A stretch of DNA of 64,000 bases. Source: Felis catus (taxonomy: Eukaryota). The DNA lies in contig NC_058368.1 in NCBI RefSeq assembly GCF_018350175.1, forward strand, positions 100,504,001-100,568,000, given 5' to 3'. The notes beneath the pieces are model-generated. The model had not been told where the DNA came from. It saw only the letters and a list, made by a program, of their open reading frames with translations, and searched no databases. Positions within the stretch are counted from its first letter, which is position 1. Each line of letters starts with the position of its first letter. A program made the position numbers and the translations under genes. Of this stretch, positions 51,417 to 62,680 are shown piece by piece.

Positions 51417-53757
51417 ATGCTTAATAATTTTGATCCAAAATTATCTCAGAGTTTATTTAAGTATCATAAGCCCCCTATTTGCATTAAAGTAACTAAGAAG
51501 AATTACAATGATTTACTTTGGATTTATTGCTGGGATCGCTTAACCTATTGATAATGGCAGATACATTTATTGATGATGGTCATAACAACTATAGGCTTGC
51601 TGTACACATCAGCTGAAACAGTTCCTATAAATCACTTAGAACAGTGCCTGGTGCATAGAAACTACACAATCCATGGTAGTTTATTGAAACTATTATTTCT
51701 CCTATTATTGTTATCATTACCATTATTTCTCTGATACATAATAATGGCGTGAAGTATGTGGGAGGTCAAAATGCCTCCCTGAAAGAGAAAAAAATATCAA
51801 ATGTTGGTTCTAGATCTTAAGAACATGAGAGAAGAAGAAGGGGGCGATGAGAAGGGAAGAACAACAAGAAATTGGAGGCATTTTATTGAGTTGAGAATCT
51901 CACCTTCGAACATCCATATCCAACACGTATGGATTATTCAGTGCAGTTAGAAACCAACACTGAGGGAAAGCAGAAGGGGGAGGGATAAAGGGCAACTCAA
52001 CTTTCTCCGGGCCTTTAGCGGGTCTGGGGCTGCTGAAAGGAGGGACGTGCCCCCTATCTGAGCTAGTAAAAGACACAGATCCCCACAGCCCCTTCAGCTC
52101 ACCCAGGACCGCCAGTTACCGTCTGCCTCACTGCCTCTTCAAGTCTAGGGGCAACGTGAATAAGGATAATGATGTGAAAGTAAATACAACATGCTGGTAA
52201 TTACTTCTAGGTTCTGCCCTTTCATAAAATCTAATAAAATCGGACTTTAAATGTCTATCTTCATAATGCAGCTGTGATATGTTTGTTCTGGTATTACTTT
52301 TTTTTTTTTCTTGGTCTGTCTCGAACTAAAAAAAGGTACGTTTCATTGGAAAACAGTACATTTTTTATTTTAAGTGGAATAGAAAAAAATTGATTTTTTT
52401 TTTCTAAGCTCTAATTGCAAACATGTCAAATAACATGTCACATTTAAAGGCTGTCATGGGAGCCGAACAGTGTAATTGTATATGGACAGTGCTATCTAAT
52501 TTAGCTGGGTTTGCATGATTTACTAGGATGTGTTGCCATCGGTTGCATTATTTAGATCTTTGATAATCTCCTTCTTTTCCCTAGTAATCTAAACCTGCAA
52601 ATTTTTCGCTTCTCTTGCATCAGGAGGTCATTTTTGTCAATCACATTATCTGGATGCAACAGGAATTAAGCCCAAAACAGAGGTGGAAAAAAGGAGCGAC
52701 CCAGCAGGTTAATAGTTTAGAAAGCCAGAACTGGTGTTCTGGGCACCCAGGATAAATGGGCTAGTCCGGGCTTTCAGGGATCTGCTTGTATATGTTTTGT
52801 GGAACTCTGTAATTGTTGCAAAAAGTCACGGCCAAAACTTTTTCTCACGAAGAAGGCTTCTTTATGTCCTAGTATCTCTGAATATAATATAAATTCAGGT
52901 CACAGCACTAATTTGTCAAACTTAGGTTGGGTTGCAACATTTTCAACACAATTTGTTTTCAGTAAGAACTGAAGTGAGCTATTTTCAAGCTTCTATGTCC
53001 TACACCAGATTAAGTTTTAAAAGCTTTGAACTTGATTAGTGTGAATGGGTCTCTGTATTTATGGGCCTACTGCCCCCTTAGGAGCCCTCTAGGCTTATAA
53101 AATAACAATACCCTTTGACATAGTTGAGATGCTCATAAAACACAATAATACTGATGGCTCTAGCTTGGGGCTCTTCACATGGGGCCATCCACATTCTCCG
53201 TTCTCAATCCCAGGCTCCAAGCCCCATGCAGGATAGGTGTGAACCTTGATAGCATCTGTCCGAGGGGAAAACAGCAGCTCAGTCCGAGGCAACTGATGAT
53301 TCATGAAAAGTTCTGGAAAAACAACTCATAAGTAATTGCATTAGGATGCATGCTGTGGCTACTCAGGCCCCTTTTTCCTTTTAATTTGCCGTGGACCTCC
53401 TATCTGGAAACTGGTTATCAACAAACGTCTTCTGGTGAGTGATTCATAGAGTGGAAACTAGCTCATGTGGTAGCTAGGTTTGCCATTGCTGCCACAACTT
53501 GAAAGGTGTGCTTTTTCTGAGAGAGAGGAAGTATGGTCTTCACTCAGGAAAATGAGTAATGTGGTTCTGGATCTTGCATAGCTATCACACTCTGAGCTTA
53601 GACACATTCTTTGAAATATACAAGGGAGAGTCTAGTTCTTTACCACGCGTGAGGCCATGATAAACAACTCTTGGAAAGGAAGAAAAGTGGAATCGTTGGG
53701 ACGATAATTAATTGACAAAGTGGGTGAAAGCAACTGACTGAGTCAGAAACACTTATA

Positions 53758-54412
53758 CAGACATAGCTTGTTTTATGGTGCTTCACAGACACTACATTTT
53801 TTAACACATGGGTGGTTTGCGGCAACTCCTTGTCGTGCGAGTCCCTCGGAGCCATTTTTGGTCACTTTGGGTCTCATGTCACATTTTGGTAATTGCCACA
53901 ATGTTTCTAACTTTTTCCTTATTATTATATTTGCTATGGTGATCTGTGATCAGTGATTATGACCACAGAGAGGTCAGAGGATAGCACTTTTTAGCAATAA
54001 GGTATTTTTTTTAATTTTTTTTTCAACGTTTATTTATTTTTGGGACAGAGAGAGACAGAGCATGAACAGGGGAGGGGCAGAGAGAGAGGGAGACACTAAA
54101 TCGGAAACAGGCTCCAGGCTCTGAGCCATCAGCCCACAGCCCGACGCGGGGCTCGAACTCACGGACCGCGAGATCGAGACCTGGCTGAAGTCGGACGCTT
54201 AACCGACTGCGCCACCCAGGCGCCCCACAATAAGGTATTTTTAAATTAAGGTATATACTTTGTTGTTTTAGATATAATGCAATTGCACATTCAATAAACT
54301 ATAGTGTAAACACGATTTTAATGTGACCTGGGAAGACAAAAAATTTATTTGACTTGCTTTATTCCAATGATCTGGAACTGAACCCACAATACCTCCAACG
54401 TATGTGGAGTTA

Positions 54413-54415
<3 letters not shown>
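53758..54415 (+). mobile_element. Internally deleted Tigger1-type (TcMar) DNA transposon, split by a SINE
   Basis: TA|cagacatagcttgttttatggtgcttcacaga.. start; tcacattttggtaatt; tctggaactgaacccacaatacctcc..gtatg end. Confidence 0.82.
54010..54226 (-). mobile_element. Very young SINEC_Fc
   Basis: Nearly all CpGs retained; perfect TSD caataaggtattttt. Confidence 0.96.

Positions 54416-54488
<73 letters not shown>
54416..54488. repeat. Compound (TA)n(CA)n microsatellite
   Basis: Directly visible. Confidence 0.97.
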
Positions 54489-54489
54489 A

Positions 54490-54529
54490 ATTTTTTTATT
54501 TTAGACAGAGTATGTGAGCAGGGGAGAGG

Positions 54530-54563
<34 letters not shown>

Positions 54564-54656
54564 CCCAAGCAGGTCTCGATCCCACGACCCTGGAATCATG
54601 ACCTGAAGCGAAATGAAGAGTCAGACGCCCAACCGATTGAGCCACCCAGTCACCCC
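54490..54656 (-). mobile_element. Can-SINE (internally deleted)
   Basis: Reverse head ..gagccacccagtcacccc, (GA)n, T-tail. Confidence 0.88.
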
Positions 54657-54853
54657 TTAAATATATATGTATTTTTAACTTCACACATAAATGTGCATTT
54701 CTTTGCCATTCTTTTCACTTAATGCCATTACTTTGTGTACATACTAATTGCAATCCTTTGTTGACTTTATTTCACAAACCAGAATGCATGATCTGTGATT
54801 TCTATTTCCGGTTTCTCTAAAATGCAATGAGATCTTTTAAAATTTGTGATGTA

Positions 54854-55075
54854 GGGGCTCAGTCAGTTGAGAGTTCGACTTCGGCTCATGTCATGATCTC
54901 TCCTTGTGTTGACTTCAAGCCTCACGTCGGGCTCTGTGCTGACCGCTCAGAGCCTGGGGCCTGCTTTGGATTCTTTGTCTCCCTCTGTCTCTGCCCCTCC
55001 CCTGCTTGTGCTCTGTCTCTCTTTGTCTCTCAAAAATAAATACACAAATGTAAAAAAAAAATTTTTTTAAATACA
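54854..55075 (+). mobile_element. Can-SINE (shortened head)
   Basis: TSD taaaatttgtgat on both sides. Confidence 0.92.
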
Positions 55076-55177
55076 TAAAATTTGTGATATAATCTTAGTG
55101 CAGGAGCCAACTAGGTTTGTATGCAGTATTTACCAGGATTTCAAAACTGTCTCCCTTGTACTATATTCGAGGGCAAT

Positions 55178-55393
55178 GTTTTTTTAACTGTTTATTCATT
55201 TTTGAGAGAGAGAGAGAGAGACAGTGTGTGAGCAGGGGAGGGGCAGAGAGAGAGAGAGACACAGGATCCAAAGCAGGCCCCAGGCTCTGAGCTGTCAGCA
55301 CAGAGCCCAAGGTGGGGCTTGAACTCACACAACGTGAGATCATGACCTGAGCCGAAGTCAGACGCTCAACCAACTGAGCCACCCAGGCACCCC
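55178..55393 (-). mobile_element. Can-SINE
   Basis: TSD tcgagggcaat/tcgaggacaat. Confidence 0.94.
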
Positions 55394-55619
55394 TCGAGGA
55401 CAATCTTTAAAAACAACTTTGCCAAGACCAAATGACTCTGACTGCTCTTTCATTCAGATCATTACTCAGAATTGATTTTGCAGTGACTTTGGAAGATAAG
55501 GTAACATCTGTCCCCAGACAGAGAGCAGACTTGCTTACTGCTTGCTTAAAGAAAAGTAGATTCCCCAACTCTAGTGATCCTCGGCTGTAATGCAAGCCAA
55601 CTGCACATGTAGTCTATCA

Positions 55620-55811
55620 CATTGGTGAGACTTGGAAGCAAAGGGGACTCCTGCAAATCTGCCAATGTTCCTGTTGCTTGTTACACCATGAGTAAAAAAG
55701 TGCTTTGTCCCTGACCCAATAGTCTTATGTCTTCTGCCAGCATCCATGAAATGATCATGGGCTGATTCATTAGTTTGTAAGTAGAGTAAAAATCAAATCT
55801 CAGACCTGACA
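55620..55811 (+). mobile_element. MER74/MER54-like ERVL LTR 3' fragment
   Basis: ctgaccc..gtcttatgtcttctgccagcatccatgaaa..ttagtttgtaagtagagtaaaa..tctcagacc. Confidence 0.6.
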
Positions 55812-56004
55812 ACCCTTAGCAAGCATGAAGCTCATCTGGTAGTTCTGGAAATATGCAGAGGTGTTCGAATATAACCTGTTAACTGCATGCATTCAATGTG
55901 CAATAAACTTCAATCCGAATGTTGGTTCTTCAGTGAAAAGCCGACATAGATATTCTGGTTAAGTTGGCTAGGTACAAGTAAATTAAGACAATACATACTA
56001 TATG

Positions 56005-56145
56005 AGGGGCATCTGGCTGGCTCAGCTGGAAGAGCATGTGACTCTTGATCTCAGGGTTATGCGTTAGAGCCACGTAAGGTGTAGAAATTACGTTAGATAC
56101 CACGTAAGGTGTAGAAATGACTTAAATAAGTGAAACTTAAAAAAG
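56005..56145 (+). mobile_element. Old short Can-SINE
   Basis: ggggcatctggctggctcag..gcatgtgactcttgatctcaggg; tail interrupted by an L1. Confidence 0.88.
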
Positions 56146-56156
56146 ATAATTAATTA

Positions 56157-57522
56157 TGGCACAAAAACAGACACACAGATCAATGCAACAGAATAGAGAA
56201 CCCAGAAATGGACCCACAAATATATGGCCAACTAATCTTTGACAAAGCAGGAAAGAATATCCAATGGAATAAAGACAGCTTCTTCAGCAAGTGGTGCTGG
56301 GAAAACTGGACAGTGACATGCAGAAGAATGAACCTGGACCACTTTCTTACACCAGACACAAAAATTAACTCAAAATGGATGAAAGACCTAAACGTAAGAC
56401 AGGAAGCCATCAGAATCCTCAAGGAGAAAGCAGGCAGAAACCTCTTTGATCTTGGCCATGGCAACTTCTTTCTCAACACGTTTCCAGAGGCAAGGGAAAC
56501 AAAAGCAAAAATGAACTATTGGGACTTCATCAAAATAAAAAGCTTCTGCACAGCAAAGGAAACAATCAGCAAGACTTGAAAACCAACTGACAGAATGGGA
56601 GAAGATATTTGCAAATCACATATCAGATAAAAAGTTAGTATCCCGAATCTATAAGGAATTTATCAAACTCAACACCCAAAACACAAATAATCCAAGGAAC
56701 AAATGGGCAAAAGACATGAATAGACACTTCTCCAAAGAAGACATCCAGATGGCCAACCGACACATGAAAAAATGCCCAACATCACTCATCATCAGAGAAA
56801 CACAAAACCACAATGAGATACCACCTCACACCTGTCAGAATGGCTCACCTTAACGACTCAGGCAACAACAGATGTTGGCGAGGATGCAGAGAAAGAGCAT
56901 CTCTCTTGCACTGCTGGTGGGAATGCAAACTGGTGCAGCCATTCTGGAAAAGAGTATGGAGGTTCCTCAAAAAACTAAAAATAGAACTACCCTATGACCC
57001 AGCAATTGCACTACTAGGTATTTTTCCAGGGGATACAGGGATGCTGTTTCGAAGGGGCCCATTGACAATAGCCAAAGTGTGGAAAGAACCCAAATGTCCA
57101 TCGATGGATGAATGGATAAAGAAGATGTGGTATATATATACAATGGAGTATTACTTGGCAGTCAAAAAGAATGAAATCTTGCCATTTGCAACTACGTGGA
57201 TGGAACTAGAGGGTGTTATGCTAAGTGAAATTAGTCAGTCAGAGAAAGACAAATATCATATGGCTTTACTCATATGGGGACTTTAAGACACAGAACAGAT
57301 GAACACAAGGGAAGGGAAGCAAAAATAATATAAAAACAGGGAGGGGGACAAAACAGAAGAGACTCTTAAATATAGAGCACAAACAGAGGGTTACTGGAGG
57401 GATTGTGGGGGAGGGGGATGGGCTAAATGGGTAGGAGCATTAAGGAATCTACTCCTGAAATCATTGTTGCACTATATGCTAGCTAACTTGGATGTAAATT
57501 TAAAAAATAAAATTAAAAATTA
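56157..57522 (+). mobile_element. 5'-truncated carnivore/felid L1 (ORF2 C-terminus plus 3'UTR)
   Basis: ORFs 56208-56579 and 56813-57286 are L1 ORF2 C-terminal; A-tail; TSD aaaaaagataat 56139-56150 / 57523-57534. Confidence 0.96.
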
Positions 57523-57879
57523 AAAAAAGATAATATTTTTTAAAAAAGACACCACATACTCTGTGAATAAAGGGTAACATGAACGTAGCTTTAATAAAAG
57601 TAATGAGTTAAAGCTGATCATGTAATATAAATAATGACAATCATGAAAAGGGGTAATAACATAGTTGAAACCTAGAATAAAAGTTAGTGAATATAAAAGA
57701 AAATTCAGTATGCCCTTGTATCCTTATATTAGTCACCTAATGATAAATGACTATATTTTCCACAGCAGTTAGGCTCTTCTTCAATATGACTTTTAGAAGT
57801 AGGAAGAATCCAGTCATCCGCAGTCATTTGTTAGGTCACATCTTGATTTGATTTCTATTAGATCTCGCTCTCTCTCACG

Positions 57880-57882
<3 letters not shown>

Positions 57883-57924
<42 letters not shown>
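57883..57924. repeat. (AC)21 microsatellite
   Basis: Directly visible. Confidence 0.97.
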
Positions 57925-57925
<1 letters not shown>

Positions 57926-58439
57926 GAGCCTCTTAACAATATGTATGCAAGAGTCAACCAATAACCTTTTTTCCACTTAAAATCACAAATTTTCCATTGA
58001 GTAAAATCAAATTAAGCTGTGAGAAAAATTAAAAAATATTTCTTCTTCCCAACTACTCACAATGTATTATGAGCTTAAAAATATTTTCTCCGTCTGTTAA
58101 AACTATCACTCTGGATGCCATCAATTCCATACACGGCCTAACTACACACATTTAATTTGATTTTATAATATCCAAAATCATAAATTTTATGTATTAGTTA
58201 TAAATGTTATATATACGAATGATAGAAAATGAAGACTATCCAGATGTATTCAGGAGAAAAAAAATAAAAATTATCAATGATCACAAAATAGTCACTGCAA
58301 CTTTGTTAGGGATTCAGCTTGTTTCCAATTGTTTGGTACTATTAAAAAAGATGCATATTAAGGTGATACTATACCACATAAACTATACCACATAAATCTC
58401 AATAGATTTCATACTTAATGTATTTATTTCCTGCTTATT

Positions 58440-58745
58440 CATTGCTCAGGTATGGTACAAACCAGTGTTTCTGGTCACGTTCAATGCAATGTCCTTCCAC
58501 ATTAAGGCTCTGCCATCTTTAACGTGTGGCTTTTAAGGTCATCGTGGAAAGGGCAAGAGCATAAACAGTCACCAGTGAGACTGGAAGTGACACACGTCAC
58601 ATATCACTTCTTTTCACATTCCGTTGGATAGGACTTAATCAGATGGCCCACTCTGACGACAGGGGAGGCTGGGAAATATGCATTAGCCATGTGCCCTGGA
58701 AGATGAGGAAATGGGGTTGGTGATTAGTTGATAGTTTCTACTGCA
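58440..58745 (-). mobile_element. Old MLT1(J/K)-like fragment
   Basis: ggctctgccatctt..catatcacttct..cacattccgttggataggactt..ggggaggctgggaaat. Confidence 0.6.
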
Positions 58746-61539
58746 TAGTGATTGCAGATAATCTTTGTGTGTAAGTGTCCTTTTTTAATGATTATTTCTT
58801 TAAGAGAAATTTCCAGAAATGGAGAATCATTTTATTATTTTAGAAGTATTTTGAACACGTGTCAGGCTTCTAGCTTTTCATCAGAGCCCTAAGCGATAGA
58901 TAGAATGAATATGTTACTATCCTTGTCAGGAACCATGGTTTCCTTTAACTTGGAAAAATCATGGATTCACAGGCTGTCTTTTCTGTGATCACTTCCCTAA
59001 TTACATGCCATTCATAAAAAGCTGGACTTTTCTAGATAAATGTGTGTGTGTGTGTGTGCATACTTATGTACGTATATGCCAGAGCCTAGTTAAATATAAT
59101 GTGAAAATACATTTCAGTTATTTTTAGAGACATATTCCTATTTTTATGCTACAAAAGGACAATTTACAGAAGTTTGGATGGAGAATCTTTCCTTAACATA
59201 GATTTGTTTTGAAAGTCATCCACATTTTTATCTGGCTAGCATAACTTAAAAATTCAAATACTATATTTTTGAATTTTCTAGTTTCTTAGAGACCAAAAGT
59301 TACTCTGAAATTATTTTCTATTCACTACTTCTCTCTCTACTATTCATAATCAACAAAAGGAGTCAGTAAATAAGGAAAATGCTAACAAGAATGAATATAA
59401 TTCCCTGGAATCTAAAGTATAAGTTAATGTTAGCAGTACTTAATATACATTTTCTGGCTTGTTTCCTCTACCCCATACATGGAATCTGTTCACTCCCCAG
59501 TGGAATTTGCCACTTGCTGAATGTGATCTGTGTTGTTTCCTGCATTTTCTCAGTTGATCACAAATCTGATTATTGCATTTGTTTCTTTTCAGTAATTTTT
59601 CTCCTCTGCTTCTACTTACATGATTGCACGTCTACTTAAGTAATTTATAAAAAGGATGTATTTCACACATCTAACTGCATGCGTTTTCTTATTTATTCTC
59701 AGTGCTAACTATGGCATTAATTTCCCTTCTGTGTTTCCTTTTTAAAGTGATGGTTAGCACGTAACAGTAATCCTGTCTTGAAATAGAAAATATGGTTCAG
59801 AGACTTGAACCAAATGAAATATCGATTCAGGTTGGAGAATATTTTGATGTTTTAGTTTTGTTACAGTTCAGTTGTTTTAGAAAATATGTAGGTTTGGATT
59901 TAGTTCAGACTGGTTCACTGGGTTTTTTGTTTTTAATGGATTTGATTTATAGTTCTGTAAAAAGTTTAATATTGGGTTTAGGTCAGAGAGGACACATTCA
60001 GCAAAATAGTTGTTTGTTTCCAATTTCGGTTCATGGGTCATTACGAGGACTTGGTGTTGTAACTATTTCCAAAGCCACAGCATGAAGTTCGCCCCGCACT
60101 GTGGAGTCCTCATCCAAGAGGACAATAGATGCCATTCACTCCCCGCCGAAAGGTGACTACTCACAGTGGACCTGATGCCGTTACATATACCCTATGCGAG
60201 ATAGGGTGACCACAAAGAGTTGCGTGTTTGGGGATTATTTGACTTTTAACTAACAGCAGGATTTTCTGTTTCTTTTTCTACCTATGGATAGGAGGGTTCC
60301 TAGAATATCAAACCTTAAATGTGTACAGTGTAAATTTTAAACTGACTTCTTCCTTCTGGTTTATTTAACCACTATTTGGTGGACTCTGCTTTCAGAATTA
60401 TTGCCCACGTTTTAGAGATTCGGCTGCAAGGCTGGTTCTCCGATGAATTCCATCCTCTCTTCTATTTTAATGGCTGAACACGGTGAAGGATTATCAAGCT
60501 ACTGCGTATAGTTGTAGTCACATTTTTTCCAGCCTGGGAATGTTCTATTCAAAACGACACTTTAAAAATATTACTGGGGTTTGTCACTGGGCATAACAAT
60601 ACTCAAGGTGAAGAAAGGGGGCAAAATCCTCCCGCTAGAAAAACTCTTTAAAGGCTGGATAAATAGTAAGGAGTGTGTTTAATACAACTAATTTATAGAT
60701 AAATGTGGTGCCAAACTAGAATACATTAACAAGGTAAGGCTTCAGGGTCTCTAGGTAAGATAATATATTGCTTTCATTAAAAAGCAATCTGCATGGACGC
60801 TATCCACCACCACTGGAAACTGCAGCTGTCACTACATTTTAATCACTGGGGTTTGTCAGGAACGAAAAACAGCCAGCTTCCCGCAAATCAACAGACATGT
60901 ATCCTGATAAGGGAAGTGCACTGGAAGAGGACAGCTACATACCACATGACACCACCTATTCCAGGGTGATCAAAGCCCCGTAATTGTTGAAGATAAATCT
61001 AGTGATTTGGGGCTTCAGGATGAAACAGTTGTCTCTGAGCGGAGCAGACACATACTTACACAGATTATCCGTGACTTAGAACATGTTTAGATCCGAGTGA
61101 ATTTTGCGGTGTGGGAAGTAATGGACGAGAAAATGGCAGTGTGAGGCATACACACCCTCACACTGATTGCTCATCTCGGGCTGTGTTATACTTTGATTAA
61201 ATTGAAAAGCCATCAGGGGAAAAAAAATGGAGTAAGAATCAGGACGAGCATATCCGAGTAGAAAAACAAAACAAAACAGAAAGAACCTGGACAAATAAGA
61301 CAGGCATGGGGCCTGTTTCCCACACGCTCACACCTCTCACACTGGCACTTAGGGAAACAGAGCCTAACCATTCAACCGAAAGTAGGGTCCTCACGCCAGA
61401 TCTCCTTATTTAGGAAAGCTTGAGAGGGTCTCCATGCTTTCAACATAAGAACTTGAACTTAAAAAACGAATAGTTTTTTTCCAAAGGTTGCAAACAAGCA
61501 AAAACAACCCAAAAAGTGCATATATATGATCACTGCGAG

Positions 61540-61760
61540 TTTTAAAAAATTTTTTTTAACGTTTATTTATTTTTGAGACAGAGAGAGACAGAGCATGAAT
61601 GGGGGAGGGGCAGAGAGAGAGGGAGACACAGAATCAGAAGCAGGCTCCAGGCTCCGAGCCATCAGCCCAGAGCCCGACGTGGGGCTCGAACTCATGGACC
61701 ACGAGATCGTGACCTGAGCTGAAGTCGGACGCTTAACTGACTGAGCCACCCAGGCGCCCC
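61540..61760 (-). mobile_element. SINEC_Fc (fairly young)
   Basis: TSD atcactgcga 61529-61538 / 61761-61770. Confidence 0.95.
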
Positions 61761-62182
61761 ATCACTGCGATTTTTTAAAGAATTGAGACACCATAAGGAA
61801 AAACTGTGCTATAGAAAGGTGGAGCTAATGCAACAGGGTTAGAATTTACAAATCAGAGTGCCTGGAAATGAATGACATCTTAAAGATCAGTCAAGTGTAG
61901 CAAGATGAGACACACAAGGATAAAACATCCTGGTAAAAAGGGGACCATTTACTCACAGCAGGGAGTCAACTGAAGGGAAACTGCATTCTAGCTTTGAAAG
62001 TCATTCAAGGTCCCAACCAAGGGGATCGTGATCTATTTTCGAAACCCAAACAAGGCTCTGGTTTAAATTACAGCTGTCAAATGCTGGCTACCCAAATATC
62101 GGTAGAACAACCTGTTAATAATACAAAACAATTTATTCCTTATCAAGGTAAGAGAGAACATAGCTCCATAGACTTAAAAACA

Positions 62183-62680
62183 TTGTTTTACTTGAGGTGA
62201 AATTCACATGACATAAAATCAACCATTTTAAAGTGGGCAGGTCTGTACATTCAGGAAACTCACAATGTTGTGCAACCATCACCTTTATCTAATTCCAAAA
62301 TATCTGCATCACTCCCAAAGGAAATCCTGTAACTATTAAGAAGTCACTCCCCGTTTCCCTACGTCTATCCCAAATTCCCAGCAACCATTTACTGCCCTCT
62401 TTATCCATAGATTGACCTACTGTGGATAGTTCATTTACATGGAACCATACAGTATATAACCTGTTGTGTCTGGCTTCTTTCACTTTGCATAATATTTTTG
62501 TGGTTTATCCACACTGTGGCATGTATCAGTACTCTGGTTTTTGTTGTTGTTGTTGTTGTTGTTTCTGTTTGTTTGTTTTTGGTTTTTTATGGCTGCTTAG
62601 TATTTTATTGTATGGCTCGACCACACTTTGTTAATCCATTCTTCTTCCACTGATGGACGTGTGAGTTTGGTTTCTTGTTG
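62183..62680 (-). mobile_element. L1MB-like 3' end
   Basis: ttgaggtgaaattcacat..aaccattttaaagtg..cacaatgttgtgcaaccatcacc..ttccaaaat..catcactcccaaagg. Confidence 0.85.

Noticed and set aside
60189..60207. 7-bp hairpin ACCCTAT-GCGAG-ATAGGGT
   Set aside because: Expected by chance in 64 kb.
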